Origin: Polyangiales bacterium
GTDB lineage: Bacteria; Myxococcota_A; Polyangia; Polyangiales; Ga0077539
Length of the DNA: 64,000 nt
Reading direction: 5' to 3'
Assembly: GCA_044229975.1 (NCBI GenBank)
Contig: JBGARZ010000011.1
Location: forward strand, 192,001-256,000
In this document: in pieces, positions 20,201 through 28,286 of the stretch
Position numbering within the stretch: the first letter of the stretch is position 1
Layout of the letters: each line of letters begins with the position of its first letter
Position numbers and translations under genes: made by a program
The notes under the pieces: generated by a model
The model's database searches: none
Told to the model about the DNA's origin: nothing
Seen by the model: the letters and a program-made list of their open reading frames with translations, nothing else

Positions 20201-20408
20201 TCACCGCGAGCGATCGCGTGCCCTCCCAGCGCACCGTCACCCCGGCGCCCGCGGGCATCACCTGCGGCGTCACGGCCCGTGCGAGGCCATCGAGCTCGAA
20301 GGCCTCCGTGCGGACCATCGGCCCGACCGCGTGCGGCGGCGTCTCCCCGGCCGGAACCGCACATCCGACCGCCAAGACGCTCCACCCCCAGACTCTTCGG
20401 GCCTTCAT
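17214..20408 (-). CDS. Large exported protein with MYXO-CTERM-like sorting tail
   Basis: Start MKARRVWG, signal ending AVGC, beta-rich repeats, tandem-repeat stalk, C-terminus GGLCSV...LLFGAVALLRRRRRR. Confidence 0.82.
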   Translation of the reverse strand: MKARRVWGWSVLAVGCAVPAGETPPHAVGPMVRTEAFELDGLARAVTPQVMPAGAGVTVRWEGTRSLAVTAETGGLGPVTEVHREASGDVTLTHGDGVQERWASASLGVEQSWRYSARPAGDRVAVTVSLTGASLDHVADDGLWLRTATGELLRYGHATWVDAEGRRTAVPARWDGARVAMNVPASVVAASTFPAVLDPMITPAFAMEASGEVYNAPNDTRLVRTTAGSLVFTSLTANVDGTVIARPVMVQRLDSAHAKVPGSFREVPGSDARTGSFWTAASGNGAWVVWQEGTRVVGARLDASGNTTVAVMALQTDSTLVDLACNASRCMLLSRRGTQVVVTRFTPEGTVLDASPVVVATPPAGYEFGARSITALDDRFVVAWSEIPVGETADIRVARIGLDGVVQDPGGRPVTTVGARRTVPSLASNGSRLFLTFRAQASGPRLAGLYGLALDRELAPIASAAGILESEMSTTTALPLWDGSQWVVVDLASLVRFSADGARLDTAPIVIPSVSAGSVEANTLLSADVGGFFVMRYAVPPAGTIPSTRLWRYAQRVASNGALSGSPAALTSAYQSQTAPVTDCDGTEFATSWTPPPVIPNNPRFVRISAAGVVRDAPAVASTVDNYGLNNAAALLLEGSTLQVFGNIGNSGISQLALDMNARTTGPVTRLSTSPGRATAVRGSGQRILFFQGESGSVPTTTAIFRFDAAGARLDAASIPLPTAYTLGGDFDGTRYLMAYSAGPTGIYVRRLDASGDFTELSPRSLSTLGAVYAGLRLSFGGGTHLMTWIDASRQVRATRLGLDGAPVAATPLVLGSTGATATDVALSFNGSNFVAVWSNADDRRLRAVRVSPAGAALDATPMLLTEAQPRTRVNFSTASDTHGSTLVTYDLYVRDLGTTVVLGLFVRDDGVVVGPTDAGVDVPAVPVDMPVVAVDVPTVTDAGVADAVTTLVDAFTTPVDAFTTPVDAVTTPVDAFTTPVDAVTTLVDAVTTPVDAVTTPVDAFTTPSDAGTTPADAGTPPPADDGGLCSVQGGVGTHGPLGLRGVPGLLFGAVALLRRRRRR
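17345..17573. repeat. Coding 21-bp tandem repeat (VDA[F/V]TT[P/L] x9 plus 2 degenerate units)
   Basis: Unit GGTGGTGA(A/C)GGCGTCGACCGG repeated head-to-tail without spacers. Confidence 0.92.
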
Positions 20409-20560
20409 GAGACTCCTCCAGTTCGCTTCGCGGTCCGCGTCGCGACGGCCTCGTTGCTCCCCTTCTCCTTGATGTTCATCCGGCTCGACCTTCTTCGCAT
20501 TTCGCGATGCGTGCATCGGTCGTCGCGACGGATCGCACCCGCCCCGGCCACTGCTGCGGC

Positions 20561-22015
20561 ATGAGCCCTTCAACCCGTGGTCTTCCCCTCCTCCTTGCTC
20601 TTGCCAGCGCCTGCGCCCAGGAGCCCGACGCGCTCGACGACCGCGCCGTCGACGCCTCAACCCCGGCCGATGTCTCACCGTCGGTCGAAGCCGATGCTGA
20701 CGTCGTCGGTCGTTGCCGACCGGGCCCCGCGCGGCCGACCACCGCGCCCGTCGCGCTGCCGTCGCCGGTGACGCAGACGCTCCCCTCACCGCAGCGCATC
20801 GGTGAGCGACCCGACCTCATCTCGGGCAACGTGATCCGCGTCGACGGAGCGCTCTGGATCTCCTTCGGCTACCGCAACACCGAGTCCGAAGCGATCACGC
20901 TGCGGGGGCATCTGCTCGACGAGGACAACGAAGTCATCGAGCTCCTCCCGACCGACCTCGCGTCCATCCCGCGCTCGCCCGAATACGGTCCGGGCGCCGT
21001 GCAGCTCCTGCTCCCGGCGACGACGCAGCGCGCGCGGACGCAGCACGTCGAGCTGCGCATCGAAGACCGCCGCGGGGTGGGCAGCGCCGTGCTGCGCATG
21101 GACATCAACGAGGCCCAGACGCAGCCCGACGGAGCACCGTGCACGCGCAACGGCATCTTCAACATCTGCCGCGAGGCGAGCGCGTGTTCGCCTTCGGGCC
21201 GCTGCACGCCGCTGACGGCGCCGACGCTCACCAGCGCCGTCGCCTTCGTCGCTTCGTCGCCATCGGGCAGCGCCCTCACCCTCCGCTGGGAAGACCCCAA
21301 CCAGGACGTCGCCGCCATCGAGGTGACGGCCCGCGGACGCCGCGAGGCGCTGGTGATCCCGGTGGCCGACCCGACGCGCGACGGACCGTGGACGCAGCGC
21401 TGGGACAGCGACGTCTTCGAGGGCGCCACGTGGCTCAACGTGCGGGTGCGCGACCAGAGCGGACGCTTCAGCAACACCCTCAACGTTGCTGTCAGCGCGC
21501 CCGCGCCCGTCGCCGCGAACGACCTGTGCGACCCCAACGGGACCGTCTCCCGCTGCGTCGCCGGGACGGTCTGCACCCGCGACAACGGGCTCTCGTGCGC
21601 GGAGACCCGCTGCACCGCCGACGTGGCCGCGTGCCCGAGCGAGGTGAGCACCACGACGCTCGACACCGCGGCGTCGACGGACGGCCCGTGGGTGACGACG
21701 GGGTCCATGACGGGGGTGAGCGAGGTGCGCGCGAGCGCGTGTGATCGGTACGTGGGGCGGGCGCTGATCCACCGCTTCCGCGCTCCGGCGGCGGGCGCGT
21801 ATCACTTCGGGCTCGCGGCGGGCAACGACACCTGGACGACGAGGCTCATCGCGCGCACGCGCTGCGGGATGAGCGACGTGGCCGCGCAGGAGGCGTCGAC
21901 CTCACGGGGCTCGCGCAGCGTCGCCCTCACCACGACGCTGACGGCGGGACAGGAGCTGTTTCTCTTCGTGACGACGGAAGACCGCTTCACGCTCACTGCG
22001 ACCCGCGTGCGCTGA
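20561..22015 (+). CDS. Cys-rich lipoprotein
   Basis: MSPSTRGLPLLLALASAC lipobox, Cys clusters, C-terminal beta-sandwich-like segment. Confidence 0.72.
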   Translation: MSPSTRGLPLLLALASACAQEPDALDDRAVDASTPADVSPSVEADADVVGRCRPGPARPTTAPVALPSPVTQTLPSPQRIGERPDLISGNVIRVDGALWISFGYRNTESEAITLRGHLLDEDNEVIELLPTDLASIPRSPEYGPGAVQLLLPATTQRARTQHVELRIEDRRGVGSAVLRMDINEAQTQPDGAPCTRNGIFNICREASACSPSGRCTPLTAPTLTSAVAFVASSPSGSALTLRWEDPNQDVAAIEVTARGRREALVIPVADPTRDGPWTQRWDSDVFEGATWLNVRVRDQSGRFSNTLNVAVSAPAPVAANDLCDPNGTVSRCVAGTVCTRDNGLSCAETRCTADVAACPSEVSTTTLDTAASTDGPWVTTGSMTGVSEVRASACDRYVGRALIHRFRAPAAGAYHFGLAAGNDTWTTRLIARTRCGMSDVAAQEASTSRGSRSVALTTTLTAGQELFLFVTTEDRFTLTATRVR

Positions 22016-22064
22016 CGACTCTCCCTTCCCGCGGCCGTCGATGGGCGGGTATCACTCGTCGCTG

Positions 22065-22943
22065 ATGAGCGCGATCACCCTCGACGACTGGCAGCGCACC
22101 GGGGCCCACTTTGCGTGGCGGGGACATCGGATCTTCACGCGCACGCAGCCGCGAGAGGGAGCCCCTGCGCTGCTGCTCATCCACGGGTTTCCGACCGCCT
22201 CGTGGGACTGGGAGGCGGTGTGGTCGGCGCTCTCCGCGCGGTATCACCTGCTCACGCTCGACATGCTGGGCTTCGGCTTCTCGGCGAAGCCCCGCGGGCA
22301 CCGCTACTCCATCCTCGAACAGGCCGACCTCTACGAGGACTTCCTCCGCGCGCAGAACGTCGGTGCGTACCACCTGCTCGCCCACGACTACGGCGACACC
22401 GTCGCGCAGGAGCTGCTCGCCCGACAGCGCGACGCGGGCGATCGACCCTCGCTGAAGAGCCTGTGCTTCCTCAACGGCGGACTCTTCCCCGAGGCGCATC
22501 GCCCGCTGCTGGTGCAACGACTTCTCCTGTCACCGCTCGGTCCGCTCGTCGCGCGTCTCAACGGACCGAAGCGCTTCGGTCGCAGCATGAAGGCGATCTT
22601 CGGCGCGCGGACGCCGCCCGACGCGGAGACGCTCGCGGGGTTCTGGCGCTTGCTCACCGAGGGCGACGGCATCGCGGCGCTGCCGGGGCTCATCCGGTAC
22701 ATCCCCGAGCGGAGAGAGCACCGCGAGCGCTGGGTGGGGGCGATGGTGGGGGCGGGCGTTCCGTTGAAGCTCATCGACGGCGGGGCCGACCCGATTTCCG
22801 GCGCGCACATGGCCGATCGCTATCGGGAGCTGATTCCGTCCGCGGACGTGACGCTGCTGCCAACCGTGGGGCACTACCCGCAGGTGGAGTCGCCTCGCGA
22901 GGTGGTCGCGGCGTACCTGGGGTTTCGCGACGGTCGCACGTAG
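22065..22943 (+). CDS. Alpha/beta fold hydrolase (MEST/epoxide hydrolase-like)
   Basis: IHGFPTASWDW, DMLGFGFSAKP, AHDYG nucleophile elbow, DPISG, GHYPQVE. Confidence 0.92.
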   Translation: MSAITLDDWQRTGAHFAWRGHRIFTRTQPREGAPALLLIHGFPTASWDWEAVWSALSARYHLLTLDMLGFGFSAKPRGHRYSILEQADLYEDFLRAQNVGAYHLLAHDYGDTVAQELLARQRDAGDRPSLKSLCFLNGGLFPEAHRPLLVQRLLLSPLGPLVARLNGPKRFGRSMKAIFGARTPPDAETLAGFWRLLTEGDGIAALPGLIRYIPERREHRERWVGAMVGAGVPLKLIDGGADPISGAHMADRYRELIPSADVTLLPTVGHYPQVESPREVVAAYLGFRDGRT

Positions 22944-23032
22944 TACCGCAGAGAACCTGGCCAATTGGAGCGCCACCGCTCACGTCAGCGCAACGCAACG
23001 CGCCTCACCGTCGCGAAGCGACGGGGCGGTGG

Positions 23033-23171
23033 GTGGTCGGAGAAGAGCCGCAAGGGCGCGGGGGTCGCAAGGATCGAACAAGATCGATGGCTCAGGCAGG
23101 CGGGAGGTCCGAGCCCTTCACCGCGTCCGATCCTTGCGACCCCCGCGCCCTTGCGGCTCTTCTCCGACCAC
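23033..23171. repeat. Palindromic intergenic element, family A
   Basis: 44-bp arm 23033-23076 is the reverse complement of 23128-23171. Core GCCGCAAGGGCGCGGGGGTCGCAAGG. Confidence 0.92.
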
Positions 23172-23234
23172 GCGCTCCAACCCTGCAAGTCCCCCTTGAA
23201 AAGGTGGCAGGTGTTGAGTTCGTTCGAGCTGGGG

Positions 23235-24851
23235 ATGGTGTCTGATAGGGTTCGGCGCGTGCGATGGACGATGGCGATGGCGTGGACGCTCGCGACCCTC
23301 GCGATGGGGTGTGAGCAGGCGCGCACGGAGATCGTGGTGCGCGTCGAGTCCGAGCTCCCCTGGGGCGTCGGCGCGACGGTGCAGTCGCTGGTCGTGAGCG
23401 TGCGACGAAACGGCGGCGATGGCGCGCTGCGCGATCGACGCACCATCGTCCTGGGGTCGGCCGCGGGTCAGCGATCGCTGCCGCTGCGGGTGGGCGTGGT
23501 CGCGGGCGACGACGTCGGGACGCCCATGTGGATCGAAGCGCTCGGCTGCGCCGGACCAGACGGCTGCACGGCGACGCAGGCGGTGGTGTCGCAGCGGGCG
23601 GTGGTGCGCTTCGAGGCGCGCCGCACGCTCGAACTACCCCTGCGGCTGACGGCAGAGTGCGCCGGGGCGACGTGCGCGGGCGACGAGCGTTGTGCGATGG
23701 GCCGACGGTGCGAGCCGGCGACGCGGGCCCAGTCCGACCTGCACCCCTTCGACGGAATCACGGACCCCACGGACCTCGACGCCGGGTCCGCGAGAGACGC
23801 GCCCGATGTGGTGACCCTCGACACGCCCGACGTGAGAGACGCGCCCGATGTGGTGACCCTCGACACGCCCGACGTGATGGACGTGGGAGCGGATGCCAGA
23901 ACAGACGTCGTCGTGGCGATGGACGTCCGCCCCGTGACGGACGTGGGCACCGACACCGGGCGTGACGTGGGCACCGACGTCGGACGCGACGTGGGGTTTC
24001 CGCCCACGGACGACGGGATGGTCTGCCCGAGCGGTCGGGTGCTTTGCGGGAGCACGTGCCGCAACGTGCAGGTCGACCCGAGCCATTGCGGCGGATGCGA
24101 CCGCGCGTGCGCGTCGGGCCAGACCTGCGTGGCGGGTGTCTGTACGACGCCGCCGCCGTGCCCCGTCGGCATGCGGCTCATCTCGATGGGGACCTTCCAC
24201 ATGGGCTCGACGACGATGGCGGACGAGCAGCCCGTCCACAGCGTGAGTCTGAGCGCGTTCTGTCTGGATGAGACCGAGGTCACGGTGGCGGCCTTCGGCG
24301 CCTGCGTGACGGCCGGGATGTGCGAGGCGCCCGGCACGAGCCCCACGTGCAACTGGGCGGTCGCGGGGCGCGAAGAGCACCCCATCAACTGCGTCGCGTG
24401 GGAAGAGGCGCGCGCCTACTGCGCGTGGCGCGACGCGACCCTCCCGACGGAGGCGCAGTGGGAGTACGCGGCGCGGGTCACGAGCACTCGGACGTACCCG
24501 TGGGGCACCGACGCGCCGGGCTCACAGCTCTGCTGGTCCGGCGGCGGAACCACCCGGTCGAACACCTGCCCCGTACGCTCGTTTCCGCTGGGCAACTCGC
24601 CCTTCGGCATCTTCGACATGGCGGGCAACGTCTGGGAGTGGGTCGCCGACTGGTCCGGGCCGTACACCGGGTCGACGGCGATGACCGTCCCCGACCCGAC
24701 GGGCCCCGCGAGCGGGACCGCGCGCGTCATCCGCGGCGGCACCTGGGACAACACGTTCGCCGGTGATGTGCGCGCGGCCAACCGCTTTCTCCTCGCGCCC
24801 CTCCTTCGCGACGTCCACGTGGGCGTGCGCTGCGCCCGCGCGCCGAGGTGA
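23235..24851 (+). CDS. FGE-sulfatase (SUMF1/formylglycine-generating enzyme family) domain lipoprotein
   Basis: LAMGC lipobox, DETEVTV, LPTEAQWEYAAR, DMAGNVWEWV, VIRGG, GVRCAR. Start uncertain (23235 or 23271). Confidence 0.88.
   Translation: MVSDRVRRVRWTMAMAWTLATLAMGCEQARTEIVVRVESELPWGVGATVQSLVVSVRRNGGDGALRDRRTIVLGSAAGQRSLPLRVGVVAGDDVGTPMWIEALGCAGPDGCTATQAVVSQRAVVRFEARRTLELPLRLTAECAGATCAGDERCAMGRRCEPATRAQSDLHPFDGITDPTDLDAGSARDAPDVVTLDTPDVRDAPDVVTLDTPDVMDVGADARTDVVVAMDVRPVTDVGTDTGRDVGTDVGRDVGFPPTDDGMVCPSGRVLCGSTCRNVQVDPSHCGGCDRACASGQTCVAGVCTTPPPCPVGMRLISMGTFHMGSTTMADEQPVHSVSLSAFCLDETEVTVAAFGACVTAGMCEAPGTSPTCNWAVAGREEHPINCVAWEEARAYCAWRDATLPTEAQWEYAARVTSTRTYPWGTDAPGSQLCWSGGGTTRSNTCPVRSFPLGNSPFGIFDMAGNVWEWVADWSGPYTGSTAMTVPDPTGPASGTARVIRGGTWDNTFAGDVRAANRFLLAPLLRDVHVGVRCARAPR
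23793..23876. repeat. Coding 42-bp exact tandem duplication (RDAPDVVTLDTPDV x2)
   Basis: Direct repeat visible in the linker of the FGE-domain gene. Confidence 0.9.
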
Positions 24852-24904
24852 CGAGCCGCCCAGGCCCTTGACGTGGCCGCCCGTTGGGTTTCCATCGGGC
24901 ACCG

Positions 24905-25231
24905 ATGCTGACCATCCGTGACGCGCAGCTCTACGTGTTCCAGGAGGCGATCAACCGGCGCGCGGTGCTGCCCCTCATGCAAGAGCGTCTCGCGTCGATG
25001 GGGCTACTCCGCGCCGACGACCCCGCGGCCGGCGCGCGGGTGCTCGCCGACATGAACGAGGCGCAGGCCCTCGGCCTCCGCGGCGAGCCCGAGCTCGCGC
25101 AGTACGCCTCGTACGGGCTCACCTTCCCGGGGTGGCAGTCCCGCCCCGAGCTCGCGGCGATCCTGGCGCGTCCCGGCCTCGACCCCGAGCGGCGCCTGGC
25201 GCTCATCCACGAAGCGCTCTCCGCCCTGTAA
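24905..25231 (+). CDS. Small helical hypothetical protein (MLTIRxxQ type)
   Basis: 108 aa with good codon usage, 26 bp upstream of the next gene. Confidence 0.7.
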   Translation: MLTIRDAQLYVFQEAINRRAVLPLMQERLASMGLLRADDPAAGARVLADMNEAQALGLRGEPELAQYASYGLTFPGWQSRPELAAILARPGLDPERRLALIHEALSAL

Positions 25232-25257
25232 AGCCCACAACGAGGAGTTCTCTCCCC

Positions 25258-27469
25258 ATGCCTGCTTGCCATCAATGCGGCGGCCAGACCAACGCTCCCC
25301 GCAACGGAGCGTGCAGCATCTGCCGGGCTGCCGGACAGGACTTCTGCGCCACCTGCGCGCTCTGGGAGCTGGGCCCGCTGTCGGCCCCGGCCGGGCTGCC
25401 GAGGGGGATGCGCCCAGACCCGGACCAGCTCACCCCCGTGCGGAACTGTCCGCTCAGGCGTGAGCTCCGCGACAAGAACCTCAGGCGCCTCGCCAACGAG
25501 TGCGAGCTGCTCACCTGGCAGCGCACCGAGAACCCCAACCTCTACCCCGGCAAGACCTTCAACGAAGCGCTCAACGACGCCCTCGCCGTCTACGACGAGG
25601 TGTACGGCACGTCGGGCCTCGACCGCCGCATGATGCGCGCCCTCATCACGGTGCACCTCTCGGCGCAGGAGGTCGCCGTGCGCCACCGCGTCCAGCAGGA
25701 CGACCGGATGGAAGCCCTCGAATCGGACATCGAGCGACTGGAGCGTGAACGCAAGGTTGCGACCGACAGCATTCCTCCCCTGGAGATGGCGCTCGCGAAG
25801 GCCATGGAGAGGTCCAACTCGCGCTGGAAGCGGAGGCGCGCGTCCGGGATGCTCGCCGCGCAGCAGTGCGTGGTGGACATCAACCAGGCGAAGCTCGACG
25901 TCGAGCGCCTCACGCAGGACATCGCCAACCGGCGCAACGAGCCGCACATCATCCGGCACGTCCACCGGCACGACGCGCCGCTCGTCGCCGCCAAGCACCT
26001 CGGCGTCTGCTTCTACGACGAGGTCGCCCCGGCCCGGAGGAAGATCGCGCGGAAGGCCCTCACCTCGGAGGTCGTCGAGATGGTGCTGCGGAAGAAGATG
26101 CCCCTCGGCATCGCCCGCATGGCGCTGCGCGAGGAGGGCGGCAGCGCCGCCAACGCGAAGAAGATGCTGGAGATCGGCATCGCGCTCTACCACGCACGCA
26201 CGGCGCACCGACCGTCCGACGGGTTTCAGCAGGGCGGCTTCGACCCGCGCCGCGCGCCCGGGTACATGAACGACGAGCACCGGACCTTCCTCTTCGGCGC
26301 AAACCCCGGAGAGATCCCCCTCCTCACCGACGAGGCGAAGACGCTGCTGGGAACGCTCTACGCCTCCCTCGACGTCGCGGTCGGCAACGGCCCGCGCTTC
26401 GCCGACCCCGAGGTCGCGACGGAGCTGCAAAACGGCCGCATCACCGCCGCGCAGGCGGCCTACCTCCAGTTTCTGCCGCGCATGGACGAGGCCGTCCCTG
26501 GCAACCGCACCGGCTGCGAGACGGAGGTGCGCTCGAAGGTGCTCGACCGCCTGGAGCTGCTGCTCCCCGCCTCACGACACGACGCGACGGTGTGGCTCGA
26601 CGGGGTCATCGCCGACCTGCGGGCCAACTACTACCTGGCGACGTCGAGCCACAACGGGATGATCGCGTCGTACGCCGCGGCCCCGACGACGGCGGCGGTG
26701 GAGTCGGCCGCGGTGCGCGCGAGCGGCGACGTCAACTGGGCCGACGTGCTGCCGTGCAGCGGCATCGGGGGCTCGTTTCGCGGCACCCGCTACGACCTCA
26801 ACTGGCACCGGGCGCAGTCCGACGGCCGCCAGGCGTGCTGGCACTACTTCGACTGGCGCAACGACAAGGACCGCGCGCTCTACGACTTCTTCCCGATGAG
26901 CATCCCCGAGCGACCGATCTTCGTGTCGCTCTCCATGGCCGAAGACCTCCCCGAGGTCGACACCCGCTACGGCATCCACACCGTCGTCTGGAACAACTCC
27001 CTCTTCCGCCGCGCGGCCTTCACCCTCGGCGACAAGGGCAACCCCCGGCGCAGCATGCTGCTCATCCTGCGCGACCTGCTGTACCCGATCCCCCTCAAGG
27101 ACGGCAGCGCCGCCCACACCACCGCCGACCGCGCGCTCACCTTTGGCAACATCCACGAGCGCTGGGAGCGGCGCGCTGCCCGTCAGGTCTTCGGCCAGGC
27201 GGCCTTCACCAACCTGCTCCTCGATCGCAAGACCCGGATGAGCGTCACCGCCAACGTCGAGGCGCACGTCTTCGGCCCGGTCAACATCCACAACCACGCG
27301 CGGTCTCATCCTCCAGGACGGCGACACGCGCGACGCCGTGCTCCGCGCGGTGCCGCTGCCCACCTGGACGCCAGTGCACTACACCGTGATTCCCGCCGAT
27401 CGCGTGACCCGCGACCCGCGGCTGCTCACCGACAACGCCCAGACCCAGACCATCATCAAGGACCTGTGA
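25258..27469 (+). CDS. Zn-finger/coiled-coil protein with DUF3626-like C-terminal domain, apparent frameshift near 27300
   Basis: GAGGAG RBS, three CxxC pairs, coiled coil, ERPIFVSL...RYG...RAAFTLGD...VEAHVFGPV. Coding-style frame shifts at ~27301 and ends at TGA 27467-27469. Confidence 0.7.
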
Positions 27470-27473
27470 CGCC

Positions 27474-28286
27474 CTACGCCGTGCCGACGATCACCCGCGG
27501 GTGAACCACGGCGCCCGCCGTCCCCACCAGCCGCACGCCCGGCATCACGCACGCCACCACGAGCCCCTCGTCCGCCGGCTCGGCGCGCTCGCCTGCCTTG
27601 TCCATCGTCGCCGCGTTGAAGCGCTGCCCCACCTCGGGCACCACCAGGTCGCAGCCCGCCGCCGCCGCGGCCTTCGCCAGCGCCACCCCCTCGTCTGCCG
27701 TCAGCGCGCTCCGCACCGCGCTGCGCCCGCGCTCGCGCACGGCGCCCGTCAGCACCGCGTCCATGCGCTTCGTCTTCACCTGCCCGTAGCAACCCGGCGT
27801 CGCCTCCAGCGCGGCGCCGAGCGTCACCTGCGCCGCGTCGAAGAGGGCGCTCGCCTCGACGCCCAGCAGCGCGTCCACGAAGGCCCGCTCCGCCACGAAC
27901 TGCGCGTCCAACGACTGCACCTGCGCCGCCAGCGAGCGCGCCTCGTCCTCGCGGTCGGCGAGCTCGGCCTGCACCCGCGCGAGCTCCGTCGCCTGCGTCC
28001 GCATCGCGTCTTGTAGCTGGCGCGCTTCGAGGGTGTAGCGCTCGCGCTCGCCCAGCAGCCGCGCGAGCTCGGCGGCCTGCTGTGACTGCACCGCCCGCGA
28101 CGCGGCGAGCGTCTGCTCCAGCTCGGTGATGCGCGCGTCGTAGCCCGCGAGGTCGCGCGCCGACTGCGCGGTCGTGTACGCGACGTGCTGCCGGAGCTGC
28201 GCCTCGAACTGCGCCACCACGGCGTCGAGCTGCGCGCGGAGCGCCGCGGTCCAGGCCTTCGCGATGGGGTCGTCGTTGGCGGGCAT
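27474..28286 (-). CDS. Coiled-coil protein with GrpE-like C-terminal beta domain
   Basis: Long heptad region, then GQRFNAATMD...VVACVMPGVRL...VVHPRVIV. Start overlaps the Hsp70-like stop (TGATG). Confidence 0.7.
   Translation of the reverse strand: MPANDDPIAKAWTAALRAQLDAVVAQFEAQLRQHVAYTTAQSARDLAGYDARITELEQTLAASRAVQSQQAAELARLLGERERYTLEARQLQDAMRTQATELARVQAELADREDEARSLAAQVQSLDAQFVAERAFVDALLGVEASALFDAAQVTLGAALEATPGCYGQVKTKRMDAVLTGAVRERGRSAVRSALTADEGVALAKAAAAAGCDLVVPEVGQRFNAATMDKAGERAEPADEGLVVACVMPGVRLVGTAGAVVHPRVIVGTA

Noticed and set aside
17169..20564. 1131-aa plus-strand ORF, and similar long ORFs 30987..33134(+), 54723..56960(-), 32227..34080(-), 11192..13006(+)
   Set aside because: Arg/Gly/Pro-rich shadow or alternative frames of real genes, expected at this GC content.
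27301..27504. ORF-track C-terminus of 25132..27504
   Set aside because: Atypical composition and overlap with the convergent gene. The shifted frame ending at 27469 fits better.
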